Positions 20,542-32,806 of a stretch of 64,000 nt of DNA are shown here, one piece after another. Numbering within the stretch: position 1 is the first letter of the stretch; each line of letters begins with the position of its first letter. This stretch comes from Azolla caroliniana. Taxonomy: Eukaryota > Plantae > Polypodiophyta. The position numbers were made by a program, and so were the translations under genes. The stretch is from the NCBI GenBank assembly GCA_043228905.1, contig JBHGNT010000013.1, positions 1,984,001 to 2,048,000 on the forward strand, in the 5' to 3' direction. A model generated the notes under the pieces. The model was not told the origin of the DNA. It ran no database searches and saw only the letters and a program-made list of their open reading frames with translations.

Positions 20542-23500
20542 AATGACACCATCGGCGAAATCGAGGACATCGTGGACTTGAGCTATCTTCACAACCAACG
20601 CGTGATTTCGGTTAACTCCGTCAACATATACGCTATCATCGATGAATACCGTCGTGGCATCTCGATGAAGGAAGCTGACATCAACACGAAATATAAAACG
20701 GTGGATAAGAAGATCAAGCCAGTTGCGGTTCCGCTACCGGAAGATAGCTGGCAAAAGATGAAGGAAGTCGCTAACGATCCAAGCTTAAGAGATTCGAAGA
20801 AGATAGGTCATGTCTTCACCAAAGAGACGAGAGGGAAGCTACGAGTTGGAAAGGAGGACTTCCTTCTCCCTGAAGAGGACCGAATGTTTCGCGATATGCT
20901 TGAGAGACATGGGAAGGCTTTCGCATTATTCCCACGAGAAATTGGATGCGCCAACCCAAAGGTTATAGAGCCAATGGTGATTTTCACGGTGTCTCATGTG
21001 CCTTGGAATTTGAAACCGATACCGGTTCCGAGAGCACACCTTCCGAAGCTGATCGAGCTCTTAAAGGAGAAGGTGAGTATGGGAATTCTAGAACCGTCGA
21101 ATGCTCCTTATTCCAATAGGTGGTTCACGGTGCTGAAAAAGAATGGATCATTGCGATTCATCCAAGATCTTCAACCCGTCAACAAGGTGACAATTCGAAA
21201 TGCCGGAATCGGTCCGAGCGTGGACGAATTTGCCGAAGCGTTTGCAGGCCGGTCCATCTACTCCATTGGCGATCTCTACTCCGGATATGACCAAATCCAG
21301 TTGGCGATCGACAGTCGGGACATTACAACCATGAGGACTCCGATCGGGCTTGTGCGGATGTGTACCTTACCCCAAGGCGCAACGAACTCGGTGGCTCATA
21401 TGGTGAATGCCATGAATAAAGTCTTGAAGGATTGCATTCCGGACATCACGATGCCATTCTTGGATGATATTCCGATAAAAGGATGTTCGGATGAGGAGAA
21501 AGATGAATCGAAAGATAAGGAAGGTTGTAGAAAGTTCGTTACGGATCATATGAAAGATTGCGAGAAGGTGCTTCAAAGGCTCGAAGATGCGAATTTGACA
21601 TTTTCGGGAGAAAAATCCGCATTCGGGCAACCGGAGATCTTGGTGGTAGGTCACTTGTGTGGAGCATACGGCCGGAAGCCCTCGCCATCCAAAGTGAACG
21701 CAATCCAAGACATGAAAGAAGAATGCGAAAACCAAACGAAGGTTCGAAGGTTCCTTGGAGCGTGCGCATTTTATCATATATGGATTCCTCACTACGCTCA
21801 TGTCGCCGAACCGTTATATGGACTACTAAAGAAAAGAATAAAGTTCGAATGGCGAGACCAGCACACAGAGGCGATGCGAAGATTAAAGAAACTACTTCTT
21901 GAAGCTCCGGCACTTAGGAAGGCCGACTATGCCGAAGGGAAACCAATTTACGTGACCGTAGATACGAGCCCAACCGGAATCGGGTGGGTCATCAATCAAG
22001 AAGGTGAAGATAATGCGCGATATGCCGTCCGGTTCGGAGCAAAGGTTCTCAGCGAACGGCAACAAAGATATGCCCAAGTCAAGCGGGAACTTTGGGGTAT
22101 TGTGTCGGCAGTGAAGACGGACAAAGATTACCTGATCGGATCAGAAGTGATAATAGAGACAGATTGTCTCCCAATTCTCGGAATGGTCTCGGGATGTGCG
22201 ACCCCAGATCTTGCTATGCTAAGGTGGATCGCCTACATCAAGTCTTTAAACCCAGAGATCCGTCACATCGCAGGGAAGAAGAACGCCATGGCTGACATGC
22301 TGTCGAGGGCAAGATTTTCAAATGGAAGTAACATGGTTTCGGAAGATGAAGATGTCGCCCTCGACTTCTTCAAGATGGCTCGATTGTCGGCGGAAGACCA
22401 GGACACGCAAACCCTCCACGCCTTCAACGAGAACGAGTACGAAGGAGAATGGTTACTCATCGGTAGATTCCTAAGAACATTGACGACAGATGCTTCGTTG
22501 ACAAAGGAGGAGGCCCTACGAATCCGAAAGAAAGCTTACCGATACTTCTTGAAGGGAGGATTCCTTTGGCGACATCCAAAAAGAAGGACAGGAATACCAC
22601 GTCGAGTGGTGGTAAAGAAAGAAGAGCAAGAGACGCTGATGACCGAATTCCACGAGAGTGCTTGGGCAGGTCATAGAGGAACATGGGCGACGTTCGAAAA
22701 GTTGAAGGAGAAGTACTGGTGGCCAAGCATGTACAAAGATGTACTCCATTTTGTGTCCACATGCGAAACTTGCCAAGTATATTCAAATATACGTCATCGT
22801 GATGAGTTAAAGCCGACATACCCACTCACCATACACTTCAAATGGATGGTGGATCTGGTCTCGATGCCAATGGGAGTGGGACAAATGAAGTACTTAGCGT
22901 TGGCAAGGGAAGACTTGACAAATCAAGTGGAAGGACGAGCCTTGACAAATAAGACGACTTCAGCCGTTTGCAAATTTCTACTTGAAGATGTTGTTTGCCG
23001 ATATGGATGTGTAGGGAAGATAGTGGCCGACCGAGGGGAGTTGGATGCGCACGAAGCGACGGAGCTCTTCGAAAGACTAGGCGTGAAGCTCTCCCTCACG
23101 ACTGCCTACAATCCGGAAGCAAATGGGAAGATCGAGCGAGGGCATGGACCTATCGTTAAAGCCATCGTACGGGCATGCAACGGTCGAGTCGGGAATTGGC
23201 CACGACTATTACCCTATGCCTTGTGGGCCGATAGAACGACACATAGCTCGGTGACAGGGTATATGCCGACGGAGCTTATGTATGGACAAAAGCCGAAAAT
23301 GCCCATCGAAAGGACGATCGCCTCATGGGTAGCGATACCGTGGGAGAACGAGATGAGCCGAGAAGAGTTATTAGCGGCGCGGATAAGGCAACTTGAAAGA
23401 AGACCTGAAGATTTAGAAAAAGCGCGAAAGATGATGAAGGCAGCCCGAGTAAAGAACAAAGTTTGGTTCGACAACACGCATCGACTTCGTCCCAAGAAGA

Positions 23501-24853
23501 TTGAAGAAGGGGATTGGGTTTTGGTCTACGACAGCACCCTTGACAATCAACATAGTACAACAAGGAAGTTCGCAAGAAGATGGTTCGGGCCGTATGTGGT
23601 GACAAGTGCCAACGATAATGCCACATACCACCTTGCGGAACTAGACGGATCAAGGTTGGCCGTACCCATTGCGGGAAAAAGAGTAAAGCTTTTCAAGAAA
23701 AGACAAGACAAGGATCCTGACCTCGATTACCTCGACGATGAACATAATATGCCGGATGAAAATGAAGACATGGAGGAATCTAATTGATCATCGTAGCCGA
23801 AATCTCACTTCTTCTCTTCTTGGCACGTACCGGAGGACGTGCGGTTTGGTGGGGGTGGATGTCGTGAAGATTTTCGGCAATAGTGTGAAAATCCCATAAA
23901 ACGTACGAAATCGAGTATGAATCACATAATACAATAATTGTGAAGAAAACATTTTTAATATCTAAGTACAAAATGATGGAGGTTTCGAATGCACTTTATT
24001 ACACGAGAAATGGACAACTAAATGTCAAGATATGAGGGTATAAAGTTTGTGAAAAGAAAAGAGAAAATTGTGAGATATCCCACATAGGCACGATAAATAC
24101 GGCTCTCATCATATATAAGGTGGAGCAAAAGATATTATCTTTGTGTCTATGTGTGGAGCATAGAGAGTTCAAGGTAACTTAAACTTAGAGTGGAGGTGGC
24201 TAGCTACTCGAAAAGGGTTTTGGCCAACCAAAACCGGACCGGCGATGGAGCCGGTGATCCGACGGCATCCGACCGCAATCCGGCGGCGGCATCCGGTATC
24301 CGGCGGCGACATCCGGCGAACCGGCGACTAGATAAAATAAATATATAAATATATATACATACTTACATATACAAGGAGGGCAAGTGTGGATTCGAACCTT
24401 GCACCTCCAAGTTAGGAGTCAAATGGCTTACCATTAAGCCATGGTATTTAGTTGAAATTATATTTCTATCATTGTACTTTTACATGTAAATTCTCATACA
24501 TGAGAGCTAAAATGAGTGACATGGTTAGCATGCACCACATGTAATACTTAAGCGCCAAATGGCAAACATGCAATTTATGCATGTCTTGTAGCCTCACATG
24601 CATCATATGCATGAGAGCATCTATAAAAGAGGGAAGGGGGAGGAGAAAAAGACAGTTTTTTTTATGAAAATTAAGAGGAAGAAATTCGTTTTGAAATCAA
24701 TCGTGTAATCTCAACTTCTCTCTTTTCCAATCTATCTTAAATACTATCTTGCCAAAGCTTGTATCGACTCTAAATCCTTCTGGTCCAGAACCCCGGCGGT
24801 TCCGCCTCACGATCCGCGTGTAGTGACGGATCTTCACGATAGCGGACAACACC

Positions 24854-24869
24854 TGGCACGCCTGTGGGA
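24854..24869 (+). promoter_or_regulatory. tRNA-Arg(UCU)-complementary site at the PPT position of C
   Basis: TGGCACGCCTGTGGGA begins 2 nt inside the 3' LTR boundary (24851); no purine tract on the element sense strand. Confidence 0.75.
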
Positions 24870-24898
24870 GAGTGCCCTGGCACGTCGGACCCATCCCT

Positions 24899-26565
24899 TT
24901 AATCTTCTTCCAAAATGGCCCGGATGTTTGGCTCTACTACGGTGTCCTTGTCTGGAGGTGACGTAGGCCCATAGGTGCATCGTGGTGTGGCTCCCCTGTT
25001 TGGTCGGAATGGTTTCTCCCGATGTCGCAGTCCGGGTATGGTGGGTTCTTCTTGAGCTAGTGGGTTGGGCTTTGCCGTCATCGTGCTTGCGGTAAGCCGC
25101 GGCTCTGTCTCAATTGTTACTTCCTCCGTGGTGTCGGCCGTCTTTGTATGTTCCGGGGAGTGGGGCTGCGATTCCGCCTGGCCCAAACCGTTCTCCGTGT
25201 GGTCCGACGATACCGTGGGCTCGTGCGGATGAACTTCCTCTTGCGCAGTGGTTTCGCTGTCTGGTACTGTGGGGGACTCCGCTCGTCGGTCTGTGCTGTT
25301 CATCGTCGTTGTAATTTCTGGTGATCTGGCCTGAGGTTCCTCTTCTTCGGTCGTGCCCAGAATTGGCGTCGTGTTGGATTCCTCATTTGTTCGAGTGTTG
25401 CCAGCTTGTGTGATCTGGTGAAATAACTCCTCCAGGCTTTCCCTAAAATCATCTAAGAGCTGCGCGAGTTCTTCGGAGTGTTGGTCCGCTAGCGCACGAT
25501 AGTCTTGCGCTAGGTCCTCTCGTACGACCGCAATGCTCTCCTCATTTAGTTTATAGAAACCTCAGTCGTCTTTTCGCCAGTTCTCCCAGTCTGCATGATA
25601 CGCGTGCAATTCCGCTGCGTGGGTTGCCCACGCCATCCATCCTTTGTCCAACGCCGTTTTCAATTGCGTTGTGAATCTCTCCCGATTTGTTTGGAGAAGG
25701 ATACGCGCGTTATCTGTGATGGCATGGCAACGGTTGTGTGTGTCCTCCATCGACTTCTAGAGGTTTGCAATTTCTTGCTGTCTAACCGCCACCACTTCTT
25801 CGTACATGGCCTTCAGGCCCGCCCACAGCTGGGATTCCTTTGCATGTTGTTCTTCTAATTTCCCCATTTCATTGTTTAGGTGGATTTTGAGCTGATGCTC
25901 TTTCCTGTTCGACCACCAGCCGCTCTTCGAACCATACCTTCTTTTTCTCTAATAAGGCCCAAAGTCCTGCGATTGCCGCCTCCGATTTCTGCGCTTCATC
26001 CCGTAATTGGGCGTTTTCGTCTTTTGTCCGGATGTGCTGAGCTACCTCCGTAGCGAGTTTCTCTTCAAGGGTTTTTACTGTCTTTCGACCGTTAGCCCGA
26101 TCTCCTTTTCTCTATCTGAGGATTGGCGCAGTTAAGCTAAAAGGCGGTCAATTTCTGATTCCGCAAGTTGCACGACCCTTTTCGCTTTCGAGGCGATGGC
26201 GGTCTGAGCCTCAATTTCTTCCTTCCAAGAGTCGATGGCGTGGTTTGGTGGCGGAGTTGCGTGTTGCGTCGTAGTCGCGTTAGCTTCCAACTCTGCGATG
26301 CGTTCGTTGGCTTTTTGCAGCTCGGCTTGGGTCATTTTCACCTTCTTCCAAACAATCTTATTTTTAATGGCCATCTCCTTGGCACCCGTGCTAACCTTTG
26401 CCAGTTCCCTATGGACTTCGACTAGGGCCGTGTTTAATGGGGGTAGCTCCATCCCCACTCGGCGTACCCCGGCGTTCCTCTGTCTGCCGACCCTGGCTAG
26501 CCGGTCCTCATCGTCGCTCTCCGCCGTTTGTGTCAGGGCGCACTCGATAATCTGGCGCTCTGCGT
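24899..26565 (-). pseudogene. Distal part of the extra ORF region of C (coiled-coil-like, degraded)
   Basis: ORF fragments 26132..26458, 25562..25750 and 24899..25303, rich in E/K/A/Q helical sequence; joins 46719 across the F TSD. Confidence 0.6.
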
Positions 26566-27926
26566 TGTCGTGCCTTTCGAGTCCGGATCGTTGCGTGAAT
26601 CAGGTGGGAACCACTGAGGTTTTGGACTAGGAGAAAAGAAAATTCTTAGATAATTAAGAATATGAAATATATGGTAAGAAAGAAAGATATGAAAAACTCG
26701 TGAGTCCCACGAGTATAGTGTATTAATTGATACTTAGAACGTAAGAGAGAAATAGATGGCAAAATCATGAATCCCACAAATATTTCTTTATTAATCAATC
26801 CATGTAAAATAATCAACAACCCCCATACATCTTTCTCTCCTCCTTATATAAGGATGGAAGAGGCTAAGCATAGCTTCATGCTTTTTTCTAAAGTGTTTAT
26901 GCACACTAAATGTGCATGAGTTGCCTTTTTACACTATGCTTTTATTTCCTAAATATAGTGCTCATGCTCGCTAGATGTGCACGAGTCATTTTTTATTGGT
27001 GTACATTTTTCTTATAAATAAAGTATTCACGCATTCTAAAAAATGCATGACTTTCCTTTTAATAAAGGAAGGCATAAATAAAGGTCTTATAGGTATTAAA
27101 TCTATATCTAGAACACTTAGAATAAGTTAGTACAATGGTAAGGTTGGGGTTTGTCTACGTGGAGGTATAGGGTTTGAATTCCGCCCTATGCACGTAATAA
27201 ATATTTTTAATATTTTATTTTATTTATTATAGGTACTTTAAATCGGATATAGTATTTTACATATTTCACGTAGTGTGTGATTCATACTACGACACTCGCC
27301 CCCTCCGAACCCGCACATCCTCAGGTATGTGCTGAAGTCCTCGATGCTTGCTATTCACCTTCATCCGGAGCTTCCTCCGATTCTCCCCTTAAGTCGACTA
27401 TGAGTTGTAATCCACTTTCTTCGCTTTCTGCATCACAACGATCTTCGTCCGATTTCTCCTTCTTGTCAGTCTTGTCTAGGATCACATTGTTAACTCCTAG
27501 GGCCGGACAATGGCCTAACACAAGGTTGTCTATGGAAGACACTTTACCAAAGGGGTGTTACGGCAAGAGGATTAGGCTCAACGATTAATCCGACTTAATT
27601 AGGTTACTTAGCAAAATCGTCCTTAATAATCACACGCGTAAGATATAACAATGAATGCAGAAGGGCAATTAACATAGAGAGAAAAAAAACACTAAGATTC
27701 ATTAATTATCCGCTGCTCATTACATTGTATCTGGGCCTTTAAATAGGTTTCCGGTTTGTAGTACAAAACGGTGCCATCCGCACCTGTTCGGGATCGGTCC
27801 GGATCCGGAACGGCATACTGATTCCGGTCCGTCCGTCCACACTAATAGCTTACTTACAACCATTCCTTAATAATTAAATAACTCCTCCATTTCACACTTT
27901 GGACTACTTTTCCGATCGGTAACACA

Positions 27927-27943
27927 TGGCACGCCCGTGGGAC
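27927..27943 (+). promoter_or_regulatory. tRNA-Arg(UCU)-complementary site at the PPT position of E
   Basis: TGGCACGCCCGTGGGAC starts 2 nt inside the 3' LTR boundary (27924). Confidence 0.78.
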
Positions 27944-28188
27944 AGTACCTTGTACGTCGAATCCACCATCCGACCCTTGCTATTCTTCGTCCAAAATATC
28001 CAGAATGCTTTGTTCGAGAGTCTCCAATGGTTCATCTGGAATTGGTTGTTGTTGTTGTTGCTATTGCTGCTCCGTTGATGGCTGCTGCGACTGGTCCTCC
28101 GTTTGTTGCTCTGACACCGGCGTTTCCGTCGTTGCTCCCTCCGTCGTAGTGGTCTCCGGTTGACTGGTTCCGGCCTGGCCATGACCGA

Positions 28189-31137
28189 CCAGCGAGGATG
28201 GAAACCGGTATAAGCGAGAAATGGGGAGACCCGAGTCGAGGAGTGAATAGCATTATTATACGCAAACTCCGCAAAGTGGAGAATCTCGGCCCAATCGTCC
28301 TGTTGATAACTCAGGAAACACCGGAGATATTGCTCCAACGTTTGGTTTGTTCGTTCCGCCTGTCCGTCAGTTTGAGGATGGTAGCCGGAGGAGAGGTTGC
28401 AGGAGACCTTGAGCATCCTGAAGAGATGCTGCCAAAATTTGGAGACAAATTGCGGGCCTCGGTCACTGATAATACTGTCTGGTAGGCCATGATGCCGAAA
28501 TACCTCACGCATAACAAGAGCGGCGGTTTCCTCGCTAGTGATGGCTTTAGTACATGGCACAAAATGTGCCATCTTCGTATATCGATCGACGACGGTTAGG
28601 ATAGCATCGAACCCCTTCGAGATCGGCAGATCTGTAATAAAATCAAGACAAATAGACTGCCATGGCTTACTTGGAATTGGTAAAGGTTCCAACAAGCCAT
28701 ATGGATGGTGTCGTGGCATCTTTGCTCGGCAGCAAGCATCACAGGTCCGAACGTAGTCGTCGACAAAACGGCGCATGTGGGGCCACCAAAAAGATCGCTG
28801 CACTAACTCCAACGTCTTGGTACTACCGAAATGTCCCGCCGTATGGGTGTCGTGACAATGTTGGACGATTTGAAGGCGACAAGAGCAATCGGGGACATAT
28901 ACGCGCTTTTTAAAGAATAACAAACCATCATGATATTCGAATTGTCGGTAGTCAATACCTGGTTGTTGAGACTGAGAACAGGATGCCCGAGAAGTATCAA
29001 TGTGCGCCAGGATGTCTTGAGCAAAACTATCCGTCTCCAAGGTTGCACGTATGTCATCGGTAATCCGTGAATCCATCGGGGTGTGAAAAATCCGCGTCGT
29101 GTGCAATCGTGTTGGTCCCAAGATTACTTGCTTTTGATTATCAAATGTTGCGTCACCAGGACGAGGTGCAAGATATGAACGCCGTGATAGTGCATCTGCT
29201 TTTCCTTGCTGCTTCCCCGGTCGATATGTGATTCCGAAGTTGAAACGCGTGAGGAATTGCGCCCACCGAGCTTGCCGTCGATTTAGTACGCGAGCGTTCT
29301 GAAAATAAGCAAGATTTTTATGATCGCTAAAGACAATGACCTGATGTGGAGAGCCTTCTAAGAAATGCCGCCATTGTACAAATGAATCCACGATGGCTAA
29401 TAACTCCTTGTCATGTATTTCGTAGTTGATTTCTGCGACATTGAATTTGCGCGAATGGAAAGCCACCGGATGCAACTCTTCTTTATCGCCTTGTTGAGAA
29501 AGGATGCTACCGAGGGCGAAATCTGATGCGTCGGCCTCCATGATGAATGGTTTGCTTGTATCCACATGAGCTAGAATCGGTGCTGATGTAAAGGCTTTCT
29601 TAAGATGCCGAAAAGCCATATCTGCTTCGATGGACCAAAGAAATGCTTGGCCCTTCTTCGTAAGTTGTGTGAGAGGTAAAATAATCTTCGAGTAATCCTG
29701 TATAAACTTACGGTAGAAGTTAGCAAAGCCTAGAAAACATTGTACATCTCGTACCGACCGTGGAATTTGCCACTCTAGTACAGTTTGGATTTTAGCTGGA
29801 TCCATGGCGATGCCTTTTGAGGAGATGACGTAGCCTAGAAATTCCACTTGCTTGCAGTCAAAGCTACATTTCTCTAGCTTGGCATAAAGACCATTCTCGC
29901 GGAGTCGCTTTAGTACTAATAGTACATGAGAATCGTGCTCTTCCTGGATCTTCGAATAAATCAAAAGATCATCCAGATAAATGATCAAACAGATATCCAA
30001 GAGGTCTCTGAATATATCATTTGCCATGTGTTGGAAGACTGCGGGTGCATTGGTTAGGCCAAACGGCATAACAGTATACTCGAAATGCCCATACCGCGTG
30101 CGAAAAGCGGTCTTCCACTCATCTCCCGGTCGGATCCGCACGAGATTATACGCTCCTCGTAGGTCGATTTTAGTAAAAAACTTGGCACCATTAACTCGCT
30201 CTAAAAGACTTGATATAAGAGGAAGTGCATACCTATTCCGGATGGTGACTTTATTCAATCCGCGGTAATCAACGACAAGACGAAGTGAACCATCTTTCTT
30301 CTTGACAAAGAAGATGGGTGCACCGGCCGGAGATTTCGAATGACGGATGAACCCGCTTGCCAAGTTCTCCTCTATGTAGGCTCGAAGGACTTCTAACTCG
30401 GTGGGTGACAAGTTGTAAATTGGTCCCCATGGTGGCTCGGTTCCTGGTTGTAAATCGATGGGACAGTCATAGGGACGGTGATGAGGAAGGGTACCGGCTT
30501 TTACCTTGTCAAATACATCGGCATAAGGATGATATTTTGCCGGAAGTTGTATTGAGGAGTCCTTCTTAATAGTGCTAGAAGGATGTACTGATATGGCAAA
30601 TAGGAACATTGCCTCCTTGGGTCCTTCTTCGCGTAGTTGATGGAGTGAAATGGTCGAAACTCGGTGAGTTGATTCTTGGGGTGGTCGATATCGGACTTCT
30701 CTTGTTCTCCAATCTATGGCTGGATTATGTAATTCAAGCCAAGGTAATCCTAGGACAATGTTATGCTCTGGACTACTAATTATATTAAATGATATTATAC
30801 ACACAAAACTACCTAGGACAACATGAATGGGTTCTGATTCTTCTACAATATTCCCGGAAGCAATGGGACGACCATCAATGACCACTACAGATGCGGGACA
30901 AGGAAGTTTTCTTAAGGATATCTGAGAAGCTTGGGCAAAATTTCGATCCATGAAACAGGAATTAGCTCCGGAATCTAAAAGTGCTAGGACGGGTACTGGG
31001 GGAGTACTTTTAGTACTAACAATGACTTGGGCTAGGAACACATTGCTAACTTGCTTGGAAGGAATGGAACCACTAATGGGCTGTACAGATCTAGGGCTGC
31101 TGTCCAACCAAATGGCTACTATTTTGGCTGGACTCAA
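28189..31137 (-). CDS. pol: Pol of G (PR-RT-RH-INT), truncated; the ORF runs on into E sequence
   Basis: LLDSGA, YLDD, EADAS, TDGQAER; homology to J ends at FHPRW. Confidence 0.92.
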
Positions 31138-32291
31138 TCGTTTAACTCTTCATCTAATTGACTAAGGATTTCAAATTTATTTGAGATACTTGGGCTATTA
31201 GTACTATGAATACTATCTGACACTCTATTAGTACTATTAATACTATCAGACACTCCAAAGGGAAGAATTGACTCAGGTTTAGTACAGGCGACGATTTGAT
31301 TTACCTGTCTTCTTGGCCTATGGGGACAATTGATGGCAATATGTCCTGGTCCACCGCAATAAAGGCATAATCGATTGGCACGTCGTCGTTGTTTTTCTTC
31401 TTCCGATAACGGGCCGCGTCGACGCATGGTATCGATCTCCATCGGTGTCGAAGTATTTGCTTGAGGTGTGTCTCGTGCAAACGGTTTAGCCGCGACTGCG
31501 GCGTAAGTGGGCTCTGGCCTAGAGCGTGGTATCTGTAATTGACGTTCTGAACGTCGTTCAAAAAGGCGGTTGTCACATCGAACTGCTCGACTGATTGCCT
31601 CCGTAAGAGACTTTGGTTCTTCGGGGAAAGTTAGAAGTAGATCTTTGACATCGTTTCGCAAGCCATAGCGAAACTGCTCCATTAGTGCTTGATCATCCCA
31701 GGGTATATCTGAAGCAAGTAGGCGGAAATCCGCCGCGTAGGCAGAGGCTGGACGATCGCCTTGACGCAATCGCCGGATCTTGTTGATCGCCGTCCTGATG
31801 CTGTCGGTGTCTCCAAAGCAGGCTTTAAACTCACCAATAAAATCTTCAAAGTTATTAAGCAAGGGCGATTGTTTTTCTAGAAGCGGAGCGAACCATGCCA
31901 AGGCTGAGCCGCTAAGTAGCGTGCCTATTAGGCCGACTCGAGATGCATCAGTGGGATATCGGGAAGGATGCATCTGGATGACTAAGCGTACCTGATTAAG
32001 GAATCCCCGAAATTGCGAACGCGTTCCATCAAATTTCACAGGAAGTCCAATCTTGGGCTCTTTATGAAAACCTTGGGGACTGGATCCTTGTTGTTGCAAC
32101 GCTGCTTCGAGTTGTTGTACCCGTAACGCTAACTCCCCATGTTGTTGTTGCGTTTGTTGTTTTTCTAGAGCGATTTGTTGCAGATCCCCTATCAGCCGTT
32201 GGTTTTCTTGTTCCAAGGCAACAAACTTTTCTTTTAGGCACTGTAGCTCGGAGAAAACGGATTGGTATTCTTGGGCGCTAACAGTAGCCAT
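31134..32291 (-). CDS. gag: Gag of G
   Basis: 385 aa intact; EPKIGLPVKFDG, LRQGD, PMEID, CLYCGGPGHIAINC. Confidence 0.93.
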   Translation of the reverse strand: MATVSAQEYQSVFSELQCLKEKFVALEQENQRLIGDLQQIALEKQQTQQQHGELALRVQQLEAALQQQGSSPQGFHKEPKIGLPVKFDGTRSQFRGFLNQVRLVIQMHPSRYPTDASRVGLIGTLLSGSALAWFAPLLEKQSPLLNNFEDFIGEFKACFGDTDSIRTAINKIRRLRQGDRPASAYAADFRLLASDIPWDDQALMEQFRYGLRNDVKDLLLTFPEEPKSLTEAISRAVRCDNRLFERRSERQLQIPRSRPEPTYAAVAAKPFARDTPQANTSTPMEIDTMRRRGPLSEEEKQRRRANRLCLYCGGPGHIAINCPHRPRRQVNQIVACTKPESILPFGVSDSINSTNRVSDSIHSTNSPSISNKFEILSQLDEELND

Positions 32292-32806
32292 AGTATAGGG
32301 GAAAGGGTAGGAGGATGAGGGAGAATGACAAGTAGGCTAGAGGAAAAAATTGGTTCAAACTGTCAGGAATAGTACTAAAACAGAGATGGAATTAGTACTA
32401 AGAAGAGTAGTACTATTAGTACTAAGAGGACGGGACTGCGTAAGATTCCCGAGAGAGAGGAAGTGAGAAGAGGAGAGAGAGAGAAATAGGATGATGACAG
32501 CAGGAGAGAAATAGGATGATGACAGCAGCTCTTATATTATATGAAAGATAAGTACAAATCGACTAAGAGGCTTAAGACTGGTGTTGAACCAATTTGGTTC
32601 AAAACAATGCCTTGTGCCTCCTTTTATAATGTTTTTAGGAATAATCCTGAAACTTCTAGAATGTTCCAGAGAGATCTGGAATATACATCAATTTTCTATG
32701 ATAAAGTATAAATGAAAATAATATCCTACAAAATACAATTCCTAATCTAATGGTAAGAGCTCGACCCATGTAGCATAAAGTCATGGGTTCGAGTCTTGCC
32801 ATGACA

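Larger units (their letters stand above)
14828..23787 (+). pseudogene. pol: Pol (RT-RH-INT) of D in the -1 frame, split by Copia H (14828-15081 + 20547-23787)
   Basis: Removing H and one TSD restores the frame (..SFND|TIGE..); PFLDD, VDTSPTGIG, HHCC, EANGKIERGH, WFGPY; no other stops. Confidence 0.92.
11510..24841 (+). mobile_element. Gypsy element D (tRNA-Trp primed), inserted in the 3' LTR of C; hosts Copia H
   Basis: LTRs 11510-12598 and 23860-24841; 4-bp TSD GCGG; PBS 12607-12624; PPT GGTGGGGGTGGA at 23848-23859. Confidence 0.95.
28189..32806 (-). mobile_element. Tcn1-like chromovirus-lineage element G, 3'-truncated
   Basis: 5' LTR 32361-32806 (TGTCATG...CTGACA); intact gag; pol intact until a deletion near 28189 that removes the integrase tail, chromodomain and 3' LTR. 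Confidence 0.9.

Noticed and set aside
20260-20546. N-terminal ~95 aa of the 1175-aa ORF (also ORF 15457..15879)
   Set aside because: Chance in-frame read-through from the Copia H LTR into D pol; the true pol N-terminus is at 14828-15081
23821-23828. TGGCACGT upstream of the D 3' LTR as another tRNA site
   Set aside because: Only a 7-nt match, 39 nt from the LTR, and D has a normal PPT
27904-28188. Arg/Asn-rich C-terminus of the 1077-aa ORF
   Set aside because: Read-through across a deletion junction into element E sequence; not part of G pol
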